Source of the DNA: Trueperaceae bacterium
GTDB lineage: Bacteria; Deinococcota; Deinococci; Deinococcales; Trueperaceae
DNA length: 64,000 nt
Assembly: GCA_965215565.1 (NCBI GenBank)
Contig: CBDCDZ010000004.1
Coordinates: 1,568,001-1,632,000, forward strand
Reading direction: 5' to 3'
The notes under the pieces: generated by a model
Seen by the model: the letters and a program-made list of their open reading frames with translations, nothing else
The model's database searches: none
Told to the model about the DNA's origin: nothing
Position numbers and translations under genes: made by a program
In this document: piece after piece, positions 55,603 through 64,000 of the stretch
How the letters are laid out: each line of letters opens with the position of its first letter
Numbering within the stretch: the first letter of the stretch is position 1

Positions 55603-57246
55603 ATGAAGAACAGTGACCTCAGGCTCGATGACGATGTTCGCACGCTCCTAGAAAGGGAGCTTGACGCTGATGTACCCGATCCCAACAGCCCTGACTTTCA
55701 GGCTTTTTTAGAGGACATTCAAGTCGAGCGCCCTGATCTGTTCGATGAGGTCATGCGCGGTCTCCAGGTCAACGTCACGTTGCCTGTCGAGAAACAAGCG
55801 CAGCAGGCGGCGCGGCGCGACAGCATCAATGAGCAGTTTACCCGCGCCTTTTTCCAGCGCTCAAAGGTGGACGGCGAGGCGATCCCGGCTAAGCGGCGCA
55901 TCATCACCTACGTCTTTGGTTTGGCGGCGTTTCTACTCCCCGTGATGTACATTCTTGCTCAAACGTTTCAATTTGACGCAACTTCGGACATCGCGCAGGA
56001 GCAGAGCGTACCGCTCGAGCCCGAGCCCGGCTCCTTAAATAGCCAGAGCAGTGTGTCACTTCAGACGCCGCTGGAGCCCGAAGTGCCCATCCCCGAGCCG
56101 GAGCCTAGAGCAGTCGTCACCTTCCCTGACCCCGAGCCGGAACCGAGCGAGCCCACCCCGAGCGAGCCGCGCCAAGCCGCGCCATCCCCACCCCGACAGC
56201 AGGCTGCTGCGCCGCGTCCGCCTAGCCCCACCCCCACATCGGCTCCTACGCCACCGGCTCCCACGCCACCCGCCCCTTCACCTACCCCACCCGCGCCAAC
56301 ACCCTCACCCAGCCCGCAGCGTGCACCCGCGCCTACGGTTCCCGAACCCGCCGAGGTCTTACCCGGTACGCTCGAGCTTTACCGGGCGCAGTACACCGCG
56401 CCCAGAAGTGTCGAGCTTTACCAGGCTCCTCAGCCTCCGGGTAACCTCCGCGTGTACCAACAGGAAAGCGTACCGCCCGCCTCGCTTAACTTGCTAGGAG
56501 CATCCGGCGAGCAAGCGCCGCCACAAGAGACCGTTCTATTCGACCTGAACGCGCAGGCGCAAGAAGGGGGTGCGCCCACGTCGCCTATAACGGGCGGAGG
56601 GAATACTGAAGGTCAACCTTCCTTACCTGCCGCACAGTCACAGTCTATAGTCGCGTCGCCGAGCGAGCCCGCTCCTTTCACCCTCCCGCTCGGCTCCCGC
56701 ATCCAAGCGACGTTGGCCACGGGTATCTTCGTCGCCGAAGGCGCCGCCGTTCCCGTTGTTGCGCACTCGAGAGGTGACTGGTGCACGGAGCCGCCCTGCC
56801 CCGAGATCACCTGGATAGGTCAAGCGCGGCTGGACGCGACGAACCGGGTGCAGGTCAACTTCACTCAGGCACTGCTGGACGGCAGCTTGCAAAATGTGAC
56901 CGCCTTGGCGCTCAACCCGGACTCGAGCAACGGGCTCAGGGCAGATTTGCGCGACGAGGCGTCGCTGTCCGCCGAGAATTTGCTGCGCAACGGCGCGGCA
57001 GGCGTTTCGGACTACGTGGACGCGCTCGTCAACCAGCAGACCGTCACCTTTACAGATAGGGGCATCGTCACCGAGAACACCGTGCCCGAAGCCGACGCCT
57101 TTATCGCGGCGCGCATCGCGAGTCTCTTCGACTCACCCGTTGCGAGAGGACCCACATTAAGGATCGCCGAGATACCTGCGGATACACCCCTACTCGTGCT
57201 TTACGGGGTCAACCCGCAGTTGGGACAACCCTCAGAGCAACCCTAG
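55603..57246 (+). CDS. VirB10/TrbI-like protein (TM, Pro-rich linker, beta-rich C-terminus)
   Basis: Single TM, long Pro-rich stretch, LPLGSRIQATLATGI...PVVA...RVQVNF...IPADTPLLV; divergent from the VirB2 operon. Confidence 0.65.
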   Translation: MKNSDLRLDDDVRTLLERELDADVPDPNSPDFQAFLEDIQVERPDLFDEVMRGLQVNVTLPVEKQAQQAARRDSINEQFTRAFFQRSKVDGEAIPAKRRIITYVFGLAAFLLPVMYILAQTFQFDATSDIAQEQSVPLEPEPGSLNSQSSVSLQTPLEPEVPIPEPEPRAVVTFPDPEPEPSEPTPSEPRQAAPSPPRQQAAAPRPPSPTPTSAPTPPAPTPPAPSPTPPAPTPSPSPQRAPAPTVPEPAEVLPGTLELYRAQYTAPRSVELYQAPQPPGNLRVYQQESVPPASLNLLGASGEQAPPQETVLFDLNAQAQEGGAPTSPITGGGNTEGQPSLPAAQSQSIVASPSEPAPFTLPLGSRIQATLATGIFVAEGAAVPVVAHSRGDWCTEPPCPEITWIGQARLDATNRVQVNFTQALLDGSLQNVTALALNPDSSNGLRADLRDEASLSAENLLRNGAAGVSDYVDALVNQQTVTFTDRGIVTENTVPEADAFIAARIASLFDSPVARGPTLRIAEIPADTPLLVLYGVNPQLGQPSEQP

Positions 57247-57284
57247 TTCAAGCCTGCGCCCATTTCGCTTGCTATAAGAGATAG

Positions 57285-57899
57285 ATGAGCAAGTGGAAAA
57301 AATTGGGGTATACCTTCGTGTTTAGTATCTTCGTCCTTCACTTAGGCATGACCTCACTCTACGTGGTGCCTTCCCCGAGCACGCCGCCCGCTTTAGCCGC
57401 GCTGCGCAACGCGCTTTACGGGAGTACGCTGTTCCGGCAAAGCTGGCCTCTTTTCGCCTCGTACTATCCCTTAAAAGCTGATCTCGGCTTATCCGTAAAA
57501 TGTTTAAGCAACGCTGCGAAACACGCACCTCATACGTATAGCGACATCACTACCCCAGTATGGCAGCGCAGAGAGCGTGGTCTTCTCTCGCCCGAGCAGT
57601 GGATAGCGCAACGCTTGAGAAATACCCTTTCCGTCCCCTACTTCAACTATGCCCGCCTCAAGGGGGCGCAAGGAGAAAGGACGAGCTACGCCGACTTCTT
57701 TAACTGGTTGGAGCGCACACCGACCTTCGGACAACAAGTTGCTATCCTGAGCGCGCTCGCCGCGCGTCACTGCAGCACCAAAGGCGAATTCTCTCGAGCT
57801 GATCTGCAATTGTGGGCTTGTCCTTTAGAGCTGTGGCGCAGTGAGCGCGAACCATGTACCCGGCATCCACTCGGCACCTTCGCCCTGCCTAAGCTATGA
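57285..57899 (+). CDS. DUF5819 / SdpA-like protein
   Basis: N-terminal TM with H...LY..P, then FRQSWPLFA; coupled to an HTTM gene. Confidence 0.62.
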   Translation: MSKWKKLGYTFVFSIFVLHLGMTSLYVVPSPSTPPALAALRNALYGSTLFRQSWPLFASYYPLKADLGLSVKCLSNAAKHAPHTYSDITTPVWQRRERGLLSPEQWIAQRLRNTLSVPYFNYARLKGAQGERTSYADFFNWLERTPTFGQQVAILSALAARHCSTKGEFSRADLQLWACPLELWRSEREPCTRHPLGTFALPKL

Positions 57900-58711
57900 T
57901 CGCGTCTCTCACTCAGACACCTCTTCATACAGCCGGGAGCCGCGTCATGCTCGCTTTTATCGGCGCGGCCCTCCTCTGGCGCATGACGAGCACCCTCCCT
58001 GAAGTTCCTTTTCTCTACGGCGCGCTGGCCGACGTGCCCCTACCCCCGCGCAGCGTCTACACGCTCTACGCCATCTGGAGCCTGGCTGCACTAGGGCTCA
58101 TCGTGGCGAGGTACACGCGTGTGTGTGCGCTCATCGCGCTACTCGCTTATGGAATTGACACCCTAACGGGGTTACATAATGCGGGGGACCACCTGGCGCG
58201 CATCACGCTCATTTACGCTCTCCTCTTAGACGAAGACCTGATGCGCGGACAGAAGAAAGTAGGACCCGCTGTCTTTTTTCACAACTTAGGCGTGATTGCG
58301 ATCACGGTTCAGCTTTGCATCGTCTACATCAACGCATCACTCTGGAAGCTGTATGGACCCGACAACCTTTGGTTGGGAGGAACCATGCTCTACTACGTTA
58401 CCCATCTGCAGAGTCACGGCATGGCGTGGTCAAGGTGGTTTTTCGAATCGCCTGTCATCGTCTACACGGCGACGTACATGACCTTGCTCTACCAGCTCTC
58501 GTTTTTGCCCCTTCTTTTCACCCGCTGGCACTGGGTATCGGTGCTCATAGGCACCGGGCTGCATCTGGGCATCGGTCTCTTGCTCGGCTTGATGCCGTTC
58601 GGTCTCATCGTGACAGGTCTCGTGCTGTTCACGCTGCGCGACGCGACGTGGCGACGGATGGGTGAGTATACTCGCGCTAAAACATTCAGAAGAGGGGTCA
58701 GCTCGTCTTGA
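57896..58711 (+). CDS. HTTM-domain / SdpB-like membrane protein
   Basis: NAGDHL, QLCIVY.NAS..K...W..GT.LYY, LHLGI...GL..F. Confidence 0.72.
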   Translation: MIASLTQTPLHTAGSRVMLAFIGAALLWRMTSTLPEVPFLYGALADVPLPPRSVYTLYAIWSLAALGLIVARYTRVCALIALLAYGIDTLTGLHNAGDHLARITLIYALLLDEDLMRGQKKVGPAVFFHNLGVIAITVQLCIVYINASLWKLYGPDNLWLGGTMLYYVTHLQSHGMAWSRWFFESPVIVYTATYMTLLYQLSFLPLLFTRWHWVSVLIGTGLHLGIGLLLGLMPFGLIVTGLVLFTLRDATWRRMGEYTRAKTFRRGVSSS

Positions 58712-58912
58712 GGTGTAGCATTAAACTCGAACCTTGACCTTGCGTGCTCGAGCCAGAAGAAATCGCGAGGTGGAGCACTTTGAGCAGTATAAATGACCTC
58801 TCACGAGGGCGGGTGTCAGCCTAACGAGTATGAGCAAATGCAATGGGCGGAGAAAGCAAGAGGTTTAATTCGGATAGACCACGCTAAAAAATCACAGAAA
58901 GAGGCAAATGCA

Positions 58913-58941
58913 GTAGAGGTGGGTTTGAAACCCACCTCTAC
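58913..58941. repeat. GTAG-type REP-like palindrome
   Basis: GTAGAGGTGGGTTT-G-AAACCCACCTCTAC, perfect 14-bp arms. Confidence 0.7.
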
Positions 58942-58988
58942 GCCGCGTACTCTCAGTAGTGGCGCTGTTCGGAATGATGCAGAGGTTA

Positions 58989-59011
58989 AACAAGGGGTTT
59001 CAACCCCTTGT
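58989..59011. repeat. REP-like palindrome (family copy 3)
   Basis: AACAAGGGGTTTCAACCCCTTGT. Confidence 0.7.
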
Positions 59012-59072
59012 CCACTGTGAGGAGATAGCATATGACAGCGTCCGGCTTAGAACCATTGGTCAAGAGGTTCGC

Positions 59073-61343
59073 TCACGAGGTCAAGGTGCCGTAGTAGATT
59101 CGGTTTTCGCTCTGGTTGGCGATGTAAAGACGCTTGGCTGAGGCGTCATAAGCTAGACCTTCAACCCGCATCGTCCCGGTGCCTGGTGCGCTAAATTGGC
59201 AAAGCACGCGCAGCGAGCCCTTCTCGAAGACCGTGATCTGGTTGGCGAGCTTATCACCCGCGAAGAGCAGATTGCCTCCATCAGACGCTAGCGCTCGGCA
59301 CTGCCCGCCCCCTGGCACTGGGAAGGAACGGATGAGCGCGCCCGCGCTGCCGCTTAGCTGGTGAATGCGCGAGACCGTCGAATAGAAAAGCGATGACCCG
59401 TCCCACGCCATGCCCTCGCCGCGCCCGGGCGGTACGGCGACGGAGCCCGTCTGAGCGCCGGTGCTGGGGTCTACGCTGTTGATCCTACCCGCACCCGTGG
59501 TCACATTGGCGACGCGGATGTTCTTCCCGTCCCACGCCATGCTGCCGATGGTGATGTTCCGAGCAGGTTGCACCGAGCGCACCACCGCGCCCGTAGACGG
59601 ATTGAGGAAGTAGATGCGCTCCGCGCCCGCTTTTTGGGTCAGGAAGAGCAAGTTCCGGCGCACCGGGGGCCACCAGATTGGCGGGCGGGGTTGCAGCGCA
59701 ACCGGCTTTTCAGCCTGCAGCGCAACCTCTTGCGCGCCGCCTACCTCTTGCATAACGCCTACCCCTTGCCCGGCACCTACCGCAATGGGCGGACTCGCTA
59801 CGGGGCGCACAGGTGGGGGCGGAAATATCGGGAATTTGAAAGCCCACTTGCTGTAGAAGGCTAAAGCGCTGCTCGAGCCCGCGTTCTTCTGCGGAAAGGG
59901 GAAGTGACCTTCCGGTCTGAAGCGGCAGTGGACGGGCGTGTCACGTAGCGCCCGCGCCGCGTTCACGCGCCCCGCGCCCAAGTCGCCTGCAAAGCCAGGG
60001 TTTTGAGCGTCGATGGGGTCACACGAGTTCTGGACGAGCGTCCGCACCTCTTGGCTCGTCAGGGTGGAGTTTTTCGACCACACCAGCGCGGCGAGCCCGG
60101 CGACGAGCGGAGCCGCCATCGAGGTGCCGCTCTGCGTTTGATAGTTGCCCCCCGGCACCGTAGAGAGGATGTCCACGCCTGGCGCGGACACGTCGATCGT
60201 CGAGCCGTAGTTCGAGAACCAGGCGCGCCGGTCGCGGTGGTCGGTTGCCGCAACGGAGATAACTTGCGGATAAGCGCCCGGAAATTGGGGCCGAACGTCC
60301 ATGTCTCGGTTCTCGTTGCCAGCGGCGAAGACGACTAAGACTCCCTGGTTCGTCGCGTCGATAATAGCGTTGCGGATCGCGATGAAGTTGCCCGACGCCT
60401 TCCAGCTACAGTTGATGACCACCTGCGTGAAGCGTCCTCGGATGCTCGTGACGAAGTTGATGGCGTCCGCGCGGTTCGCGTTCATGCCCGCTTGCAGGTC
60501 TATGCGAATGGGCAGGACGCGGCAGCCCGGAGCCACGCCGAGAACGCCGCCCGCGTTGTCCGCGCCCGCCGCGATGCCCGCGCAGTGCGTCCCGTGACTG
60601 CCCCCGTCCTCCGGGATGAGGTCGTTATCCGCGAAGTCCCAGTCTTCGCCTGCCGGTTGAGGCACCAGGTTGGCGAGCAAGTCGGGGTGGTCTAAATCGA
60701 CGCCCGTGTCGATGACCGCGATCACGACGTTCGGGTCGCCCCGTTCGCTGTCCCACGCGGCGGGGGCGTCCACGTCGGCGTCGGAGGTGCCGCCCGTCTG
60801 ACCGGTGTTGTGAAGGCTCCACTGCTCACCGAAGCGCGTATCGTCAGGGAGGTAGAGGAAGTCGTTGAAGCCGACTTCGGCACCCTCGGCGAACAGGACC
60901 TCCTCTCGCGCGTTAAAGGCTTCGATGGCTCCGAATACGTCGCTATTTTCAATTCCGAGCCAGTAGTAGCCCGGCGTCCACTGTTTTTTCAGCACCGTGG
61001 CGTCAAGCTCTTCGATCAGCTCGAGCTGCCGCGCCTCACTCACCTCTTCGCGGAACTGAACGGTCAGCTCGCCTGGTAACAAGTAGCGCTCGTTACCGTC
61101 GCCGTCCACGAACGCGGTGAGCGCGTCCACAACCGCGCTATTCTCCTCTAGGTCGTTCGACTCACCTACGACTTGGTAGAGACCGAACGTCTGTCCCTCT
61201 TGCAGCGGCAGAGCGGGGCGCAGACCGCCCGTGCTCAGCGACTCGAGGTCTTGCGTGCGTTCCCGGTCCAACTTGAGAACGAGCAGGTCGTCTCGAGGGG
61301 TCAGGGTGACTTTTTCATTACTCAGCTTGTCAGTGTATTGCAT
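59073..61343 (-). CDS. S8 subtilisin-like serine protease with a C-terminal beta-propeller-like domain
   Basis: VIDTG, HGTHCAG, FAAGN and GTSMA catalytic motifs; repeated G(M/L)AWDG blades; start reassigned to ATG 61343 after AGGAG. Confidence 0.9.
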   Translation of the reverse strand: MQYTDKLSNEKVTLTPRDDLLVLKLDRERTQDLESLSTGGLRPALPLQEGQTFGLYQVVGESNDLEENSAVVDALTAFVDGDGNERYLLPGELTVQFREEVSEARQLELIEELDATVLKKQWTPGYYWLGIENSDVFGAIEAFNAREEVLFAEGAEVGFNDFLYLPDDTRFGEQWSLHNTGQTGGTSDADVDAPAAWDSERGDPNVVIAVIDTGVDLDHPDLLANLVPQPAGEDWDFADNDLIPEDGGSHGTHCAGIAAGADNAGGVLGVAPGCRVLPIRIDLQAGMNANRADAINFVTSIRGRFTQVVINCSWKASGNFIAIRNAIIDATNQGVLVVFAAGNENRDMDVRPQFPGAYPQVISVAATDHRDRRAWFSNYGSTIDVSAPGVDILSTVPGGNYQTQSGTSMAAPLVAGLAALVWSKNSTLTSQEVRTLVQNSCDPIDAQNPGFAGDLGAGRVNAARALRDTPVHCRFRPEGHFPFPQKNAGSSSALAFYSKWAFKFPIFPPPPVRPVASPPIAVGAGQGVGVMQEVGGAQEVALQAEKPVALQPRPPIWWPPVRRNLLFLTQKAGAERIYFLNPSTGAVVRSVQPARNITIGSMAWDGKNIRVANVTTGAGRINSVDPSTGAQTGSVAVPPGRGEGMAWDGSSLFYSTVSRIHQLSGSAGALIRSFPVPGGGQCRALASDGGNLLFAGDKLANQITVFEKGSLRVLCQFSAPGTGTMRVEGLAYDASAKRLYIANQSENRIYYGTLTS

Positions 61344-61590
61344 CAGATTTCTCCTCATATCAAGTTTTTCAAGGTTGCAGTATCGGTTAGCCAGTACTGG
61401 CTCTACGTCGTTTCTCGTTTCGAAAGTGCGTGTTTCCTTTCGTACGCCGTCCTTAAACACCGTGAGGGCTGGGAACGGCGCACGAGGGTCAGGTTTCTAG
61501 TGGCAACTGCGAGGGGCGTTCACGCGCAGCGCTTTTCTTCCTTTTGCAAGCATTTATCACTCCGATAGGTTCTCGGCTTCAGCGTCTTCC

Positions 61591-62580
61591 TCAAAAGGGC
61601 TCTGAAGAGGCGCTCAACTGACCGTGTCTAAACGCGCTTTCAACATGACCTGCTACGTCATCTGTCATCACGTCGTTGTAGGCATGTTGGCTTACAGGAA
61701 CGACGCCCGCTTCTGCTAGTGCGTACTGTCCTTCGTCGCTGTAGAGACGTTCAAGCAAATGTAATGCGGCTTCTTCACCTACGTGTTCAGGTACGCTGAC
61801 TTGTAGGGGTGAAACAAGAGGTTGAAGCCCCTCACCGTGAAGTTGCACCAGTTCGCCCGCTAAGTCCAGATGTCTCAAGTCGCCGTAGTCCACGATGATG
61901 AGACCGAAGTCGTTGACGTGCTTGTTCAAGTCGTGAATGTCCAGCGTCTCCACCTCGAGCCCGCTGCCAACACTGATATACTTGCAAATCTCAGGCACAG
62001 GACGCTGCTGGCAGAAAGAATCCCACGGACCGCCAGGGATATATTTCCCAACCTTGGCGACGCCCAGATTGGCCTCTGCAACGATTTGGCTCAACGTGTC
62101 GCCACCAATCTGGCTCAAGTAGTGTTCGCTGTAGCCAAAATCGGCAACCCGCTCGAGCAACTCGGGCGTGGCGTAAACCGCTGTGAAGTCGAACCCCACG
62201 CTTAGAGCGCCGGTGCGCGGGTCTGGTTCAGGGTTGCCATCCTCATCGCAGGGGATGAGTTGGCACTGGTTTCTAATGCGTTTAATCTCTTTGTCGAACT
62301 CCTCAGGATCGATCCAGATAGGAGGAGGCCAAACGAGGTCTGGCGTAATGTCGTAGGACACCACCCCTGCGCCGTACTCCGCCGCTGCACCCGCAAGCTC
62401 CACAGTCGGAGCGAAGCGAGCATCAAGCACTTGACTCAGCGGCTCACTGAGTCCCTCGATATCTGTCACGACAGAAACCTCGCCGTACCCTAGACTTTCT
62501 AGCGACGCTTCGGAGTCTTGGCTACACGCCGCCAGCACCCCGCTAAAAACTACAAGACCGAACAGAACGAACTTTTTCAT
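61591..62580 (-). CDS. Lipoprotein, possibly a divergent PstS-like solute-binding fold
   Basis: MKKFVLFGLVVFSGVLAAC lipobox; AAGGAGG RBS; C-terminal PLVSPL...LYSDEGQYALAEAGVVPV. Confidence 0.65.
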   Translation of the reverse strand: MKKFVLFGLVVFSGVLAACSQDSEASLESLGYGEVSVVTDIEGLSEPLSQVLDARFAPTVELAGAAAEYGAGVVSYDITPDLVWPPPIWIDPEEFDKEIKRIRNQCQLIPCDEDGNPEPDPRTGALSVGFDFTAVYATPELLERVADFGYSEHYLSQIGGDTLSQIVAEANLGVAKVGKYIPGGPWDSFCQQRPVPEICKYISVGSGLEVETLDIHDLNKHVNDFGLIIVDYGDLRHLDLAGELVQLHGEGLQPLVSPLQVSVPEHVGEEAALHLLERLYSDEGQYALAEAGVVPVSQHAYNDVMTDDVAGHVESAFRHGQLSASSEPF

Positions 62581-62825
62581 CTCTCCTCCTTTTCGCCATC
62601 TGTTATGACGGCTTGGTCGAACCGAAAGTAGACCTTCTAAACGAATAGTGGATAGGTAATGCTTCACCAAATCTCCTTATAGCGAACACGTGTCTTTCTC
62701 CTTGCGTTTCGGGTACGGGCTTGTGCGCCCTTCCGAAACGTGCCTCTCGGTGTGGAACCTGCAGCTCCGGCGCGTCCCCACCTAGTTCCTCCTCTCTGCT
62801 GCTCTTTCGGAGTGTGCAAGGGGGG

Positions 62826-62842
62826 CGTAAATCGGCCGTAAA
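62826..62842. promoter_or_regulatory. CGTAAA-N5-CGTAAA direct repeat (candidate SARP binding site)
   Basis: 11-bp phased hexamers in the divergent spacer, just upstream of a minus-strand CACACT -10-like box. Confidence 0.4.
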
Positions 62843-63036
62843 CTGCACGCCGCAGAGAGGGCGAAAAGCCCGCGCGGAGAAGGCACCCTTCAAAAAGTCG
62901 TCGTCTCACGTCTAACTCATGCTAGACTGAGCCCAGGGCACCTCAACCGCATACCGCTGACGCCGCACCTCGCGCTCATGAGAGGAACGTTTAAGCTGAC
63001 CTTTTAGCCGAACCTATTCCAGAGAGGACCCTCCGT

Positions 63037-64000
63037 ATGGACCAGCTCGCGCTCACGCTGTTGGGCACACCTCAAGTCCGCTACGAGGGGCAGACGTTAG
63101 CTCTTCAAAGTCGCCACCTTGCCCTCGTCAGCTACGCCGCGCTGCAAGGACCCTGCAGCCGAGACGAACTCACCGAAGTTTTGTGGGGCGCGAAGCGCAG
63201 CGCAAACCTGCGCGTCGCGCTCTCCAAACTGCGCAAGCAGCCCGGCGCGGCGCGCTGGCTCGAGGACGACGAGCGCCTCAGCGTCCGGGTGCAGAGCGAC
63301 GTAGGCATGTTGGAGGAGGCGCGGGAGCGAGACAGGCTCTCTGCGGAGGTGTTGGCGCACTTAGAGCGCGTCGCCCACCCGGAAGGGGGCGGGCTGCTCC
63401 TCGGTCTCAGCGCTCCGACGCCCGCCTTCGAGACATGGCTGGGCGAGCAGCGGCGGCGGGCGGACGCGCTCGTCGAAGACCTCTTGCTGAGGGCGGCGGA
63501 AGAGGTTCGGGAAGGTGGGCAAGTTGGGCGCGCCCGCTCGCTCGTAGAGACGCTGTTAGCGCGAGACCCCTTTAACGAAGCCGCCTATAGGTTGCTCATG
63601 CAGCTCGAGGTGGCGCAGGGACAGCCCGAAGCGGCGCAAGAGGTCTTCGAGCGCCTGCGGCGAACGCTCAAAGAGCAACTCGGTGAGGAGCCGAGCGAGG
63701 AAATGTGCGCCTTGCACAAGCAACTGCTTGGCGCGGGGACCGGTGCTCGCGGGCGGTACTTGCGGCTGGGCGACCCCGTACCTGGAAAGGCTGAATACCT
63801 TCTCGGACGTGCTGAACTGCTAGAACATGTCCACGCAGCCCTGGAGTCCGACCCCGTGCTGCTCTACGGACTCGGCGGCGTCGGCAAGACGGCGCTCGCC
63901 GCCGAAGTCGCCTCGGGTTATCTGCAGAAGGGAGATGTCCTCTGGTTGCAAGCGGGTTTAAGTCGTGCGGATGAGCTTCTCGAGGCGGCAGGACAGTTAC
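63037..64000 (+). CDS. SARP/AfsR-like regulator (winged helix, BTAD, NB-ARC); partial, runs off the window and is absent from the ORF track
   Basis: LTLLGTPQV, SRDELTEVLW, NLRVALSKLR, DPFNEAAYRLLM, LGEEPS, LYGLGGVGKTALA. Confidence 0.88.
   Translation, partial: MDQLALTLLGTPQVRYEGQTLALQSRHLALVSYAALQGPCSRDELTEVLWGAKRSANLRVALSKLRKQPGAARWLEDDERLSVRVQSDVGMLEEARERDRLSAEVLAHLERVAHPEGGGLLLGLSAPTPAFETWLGEQRRRADALVEDLLLRAAEEVREGGQVGRARSLVETLLARDPFNEAAYRLLMQLEVAQGQPEAAQEVFERLRRTLKEQLGEEPSEEMCALHKQLLGAGTGARGRYLRLGDPVPGKAEYLLGRAELLEHVHAALESDPVLLYGLGGVGKTALAAEVASGYLQKGDVLWLQAGLSRADELLEAAGQL

Noticed and set aside
56080..56350. Repetitive C-rich DNA
   Set aside because: Explained by the Pro-rich linker of the VirB10-like protein; not a CRISPR or regular tandem array
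58793..59020. 75-aa ORF as the missing SdpC-like precursor
   Set aside because: No signal peptide or hydrophobic toxin segment; it reads through two REP-like palindromes
1..64000. CRISPR arrays, tRNA/rRNA genes, IS transposases, integrases
   Set aside because: None recognised by eye; no regularly spaced repeat-spacer pattern seen

Overview
Chromosomal window from a GC-rich bacterium, most likely Deinococcota (Trueperaceae-like). The assignment rests on the Thermus/Deinococcus-type PilF-PilT, mqnB, crtI, many apparently leaderless starts and abundant CTCGAG. Housekeeping blocks are rplM-rpsI, uppP, gltX-ftsY, mqnB, gcvT/H/PA/PB, crtI, khtTU-like K+ efflux genes, yqeG-pilF-pilT and sucCD. They alternate with five accessory modules. 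(1) At 6.3-10.6 kb is a candidate peptide-signalling module: an HD-GYP phosphodiesterase, an ~805-aa helical-repeat/winged-helix regulator, an unannotated 38-aa secreted peptide gene, an unannotated 55-aa ORF and phased operator-like repeats. (2) A single-polypeptide restriction-modification enzyme. (3) A YehL-type MoxR/vWA/SWIM operon with an embedded HEAT/LRV-repeat gene. (4) A reduced type IV secretion-like locus with no relaxase in view: VirB2, B3, B4, B5-like, an M23-VirB6 fusion, VirD4, a catalytically degenerate PLD/Nuc-like protein, a SpoIIIAA-like ATPase and a divergent VirB10-like gene, followed by an orphan SdpA/SdpB-like pair. (5) A lipoprotein and S8 protease divergent from a SARP/BTAD-NB-ARC regulator that runs off the window. 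No rRNA, tRNA, CRISPR array, integrase or transposase was recognised. All family calls come from motif recognition by eye; no database search was run.
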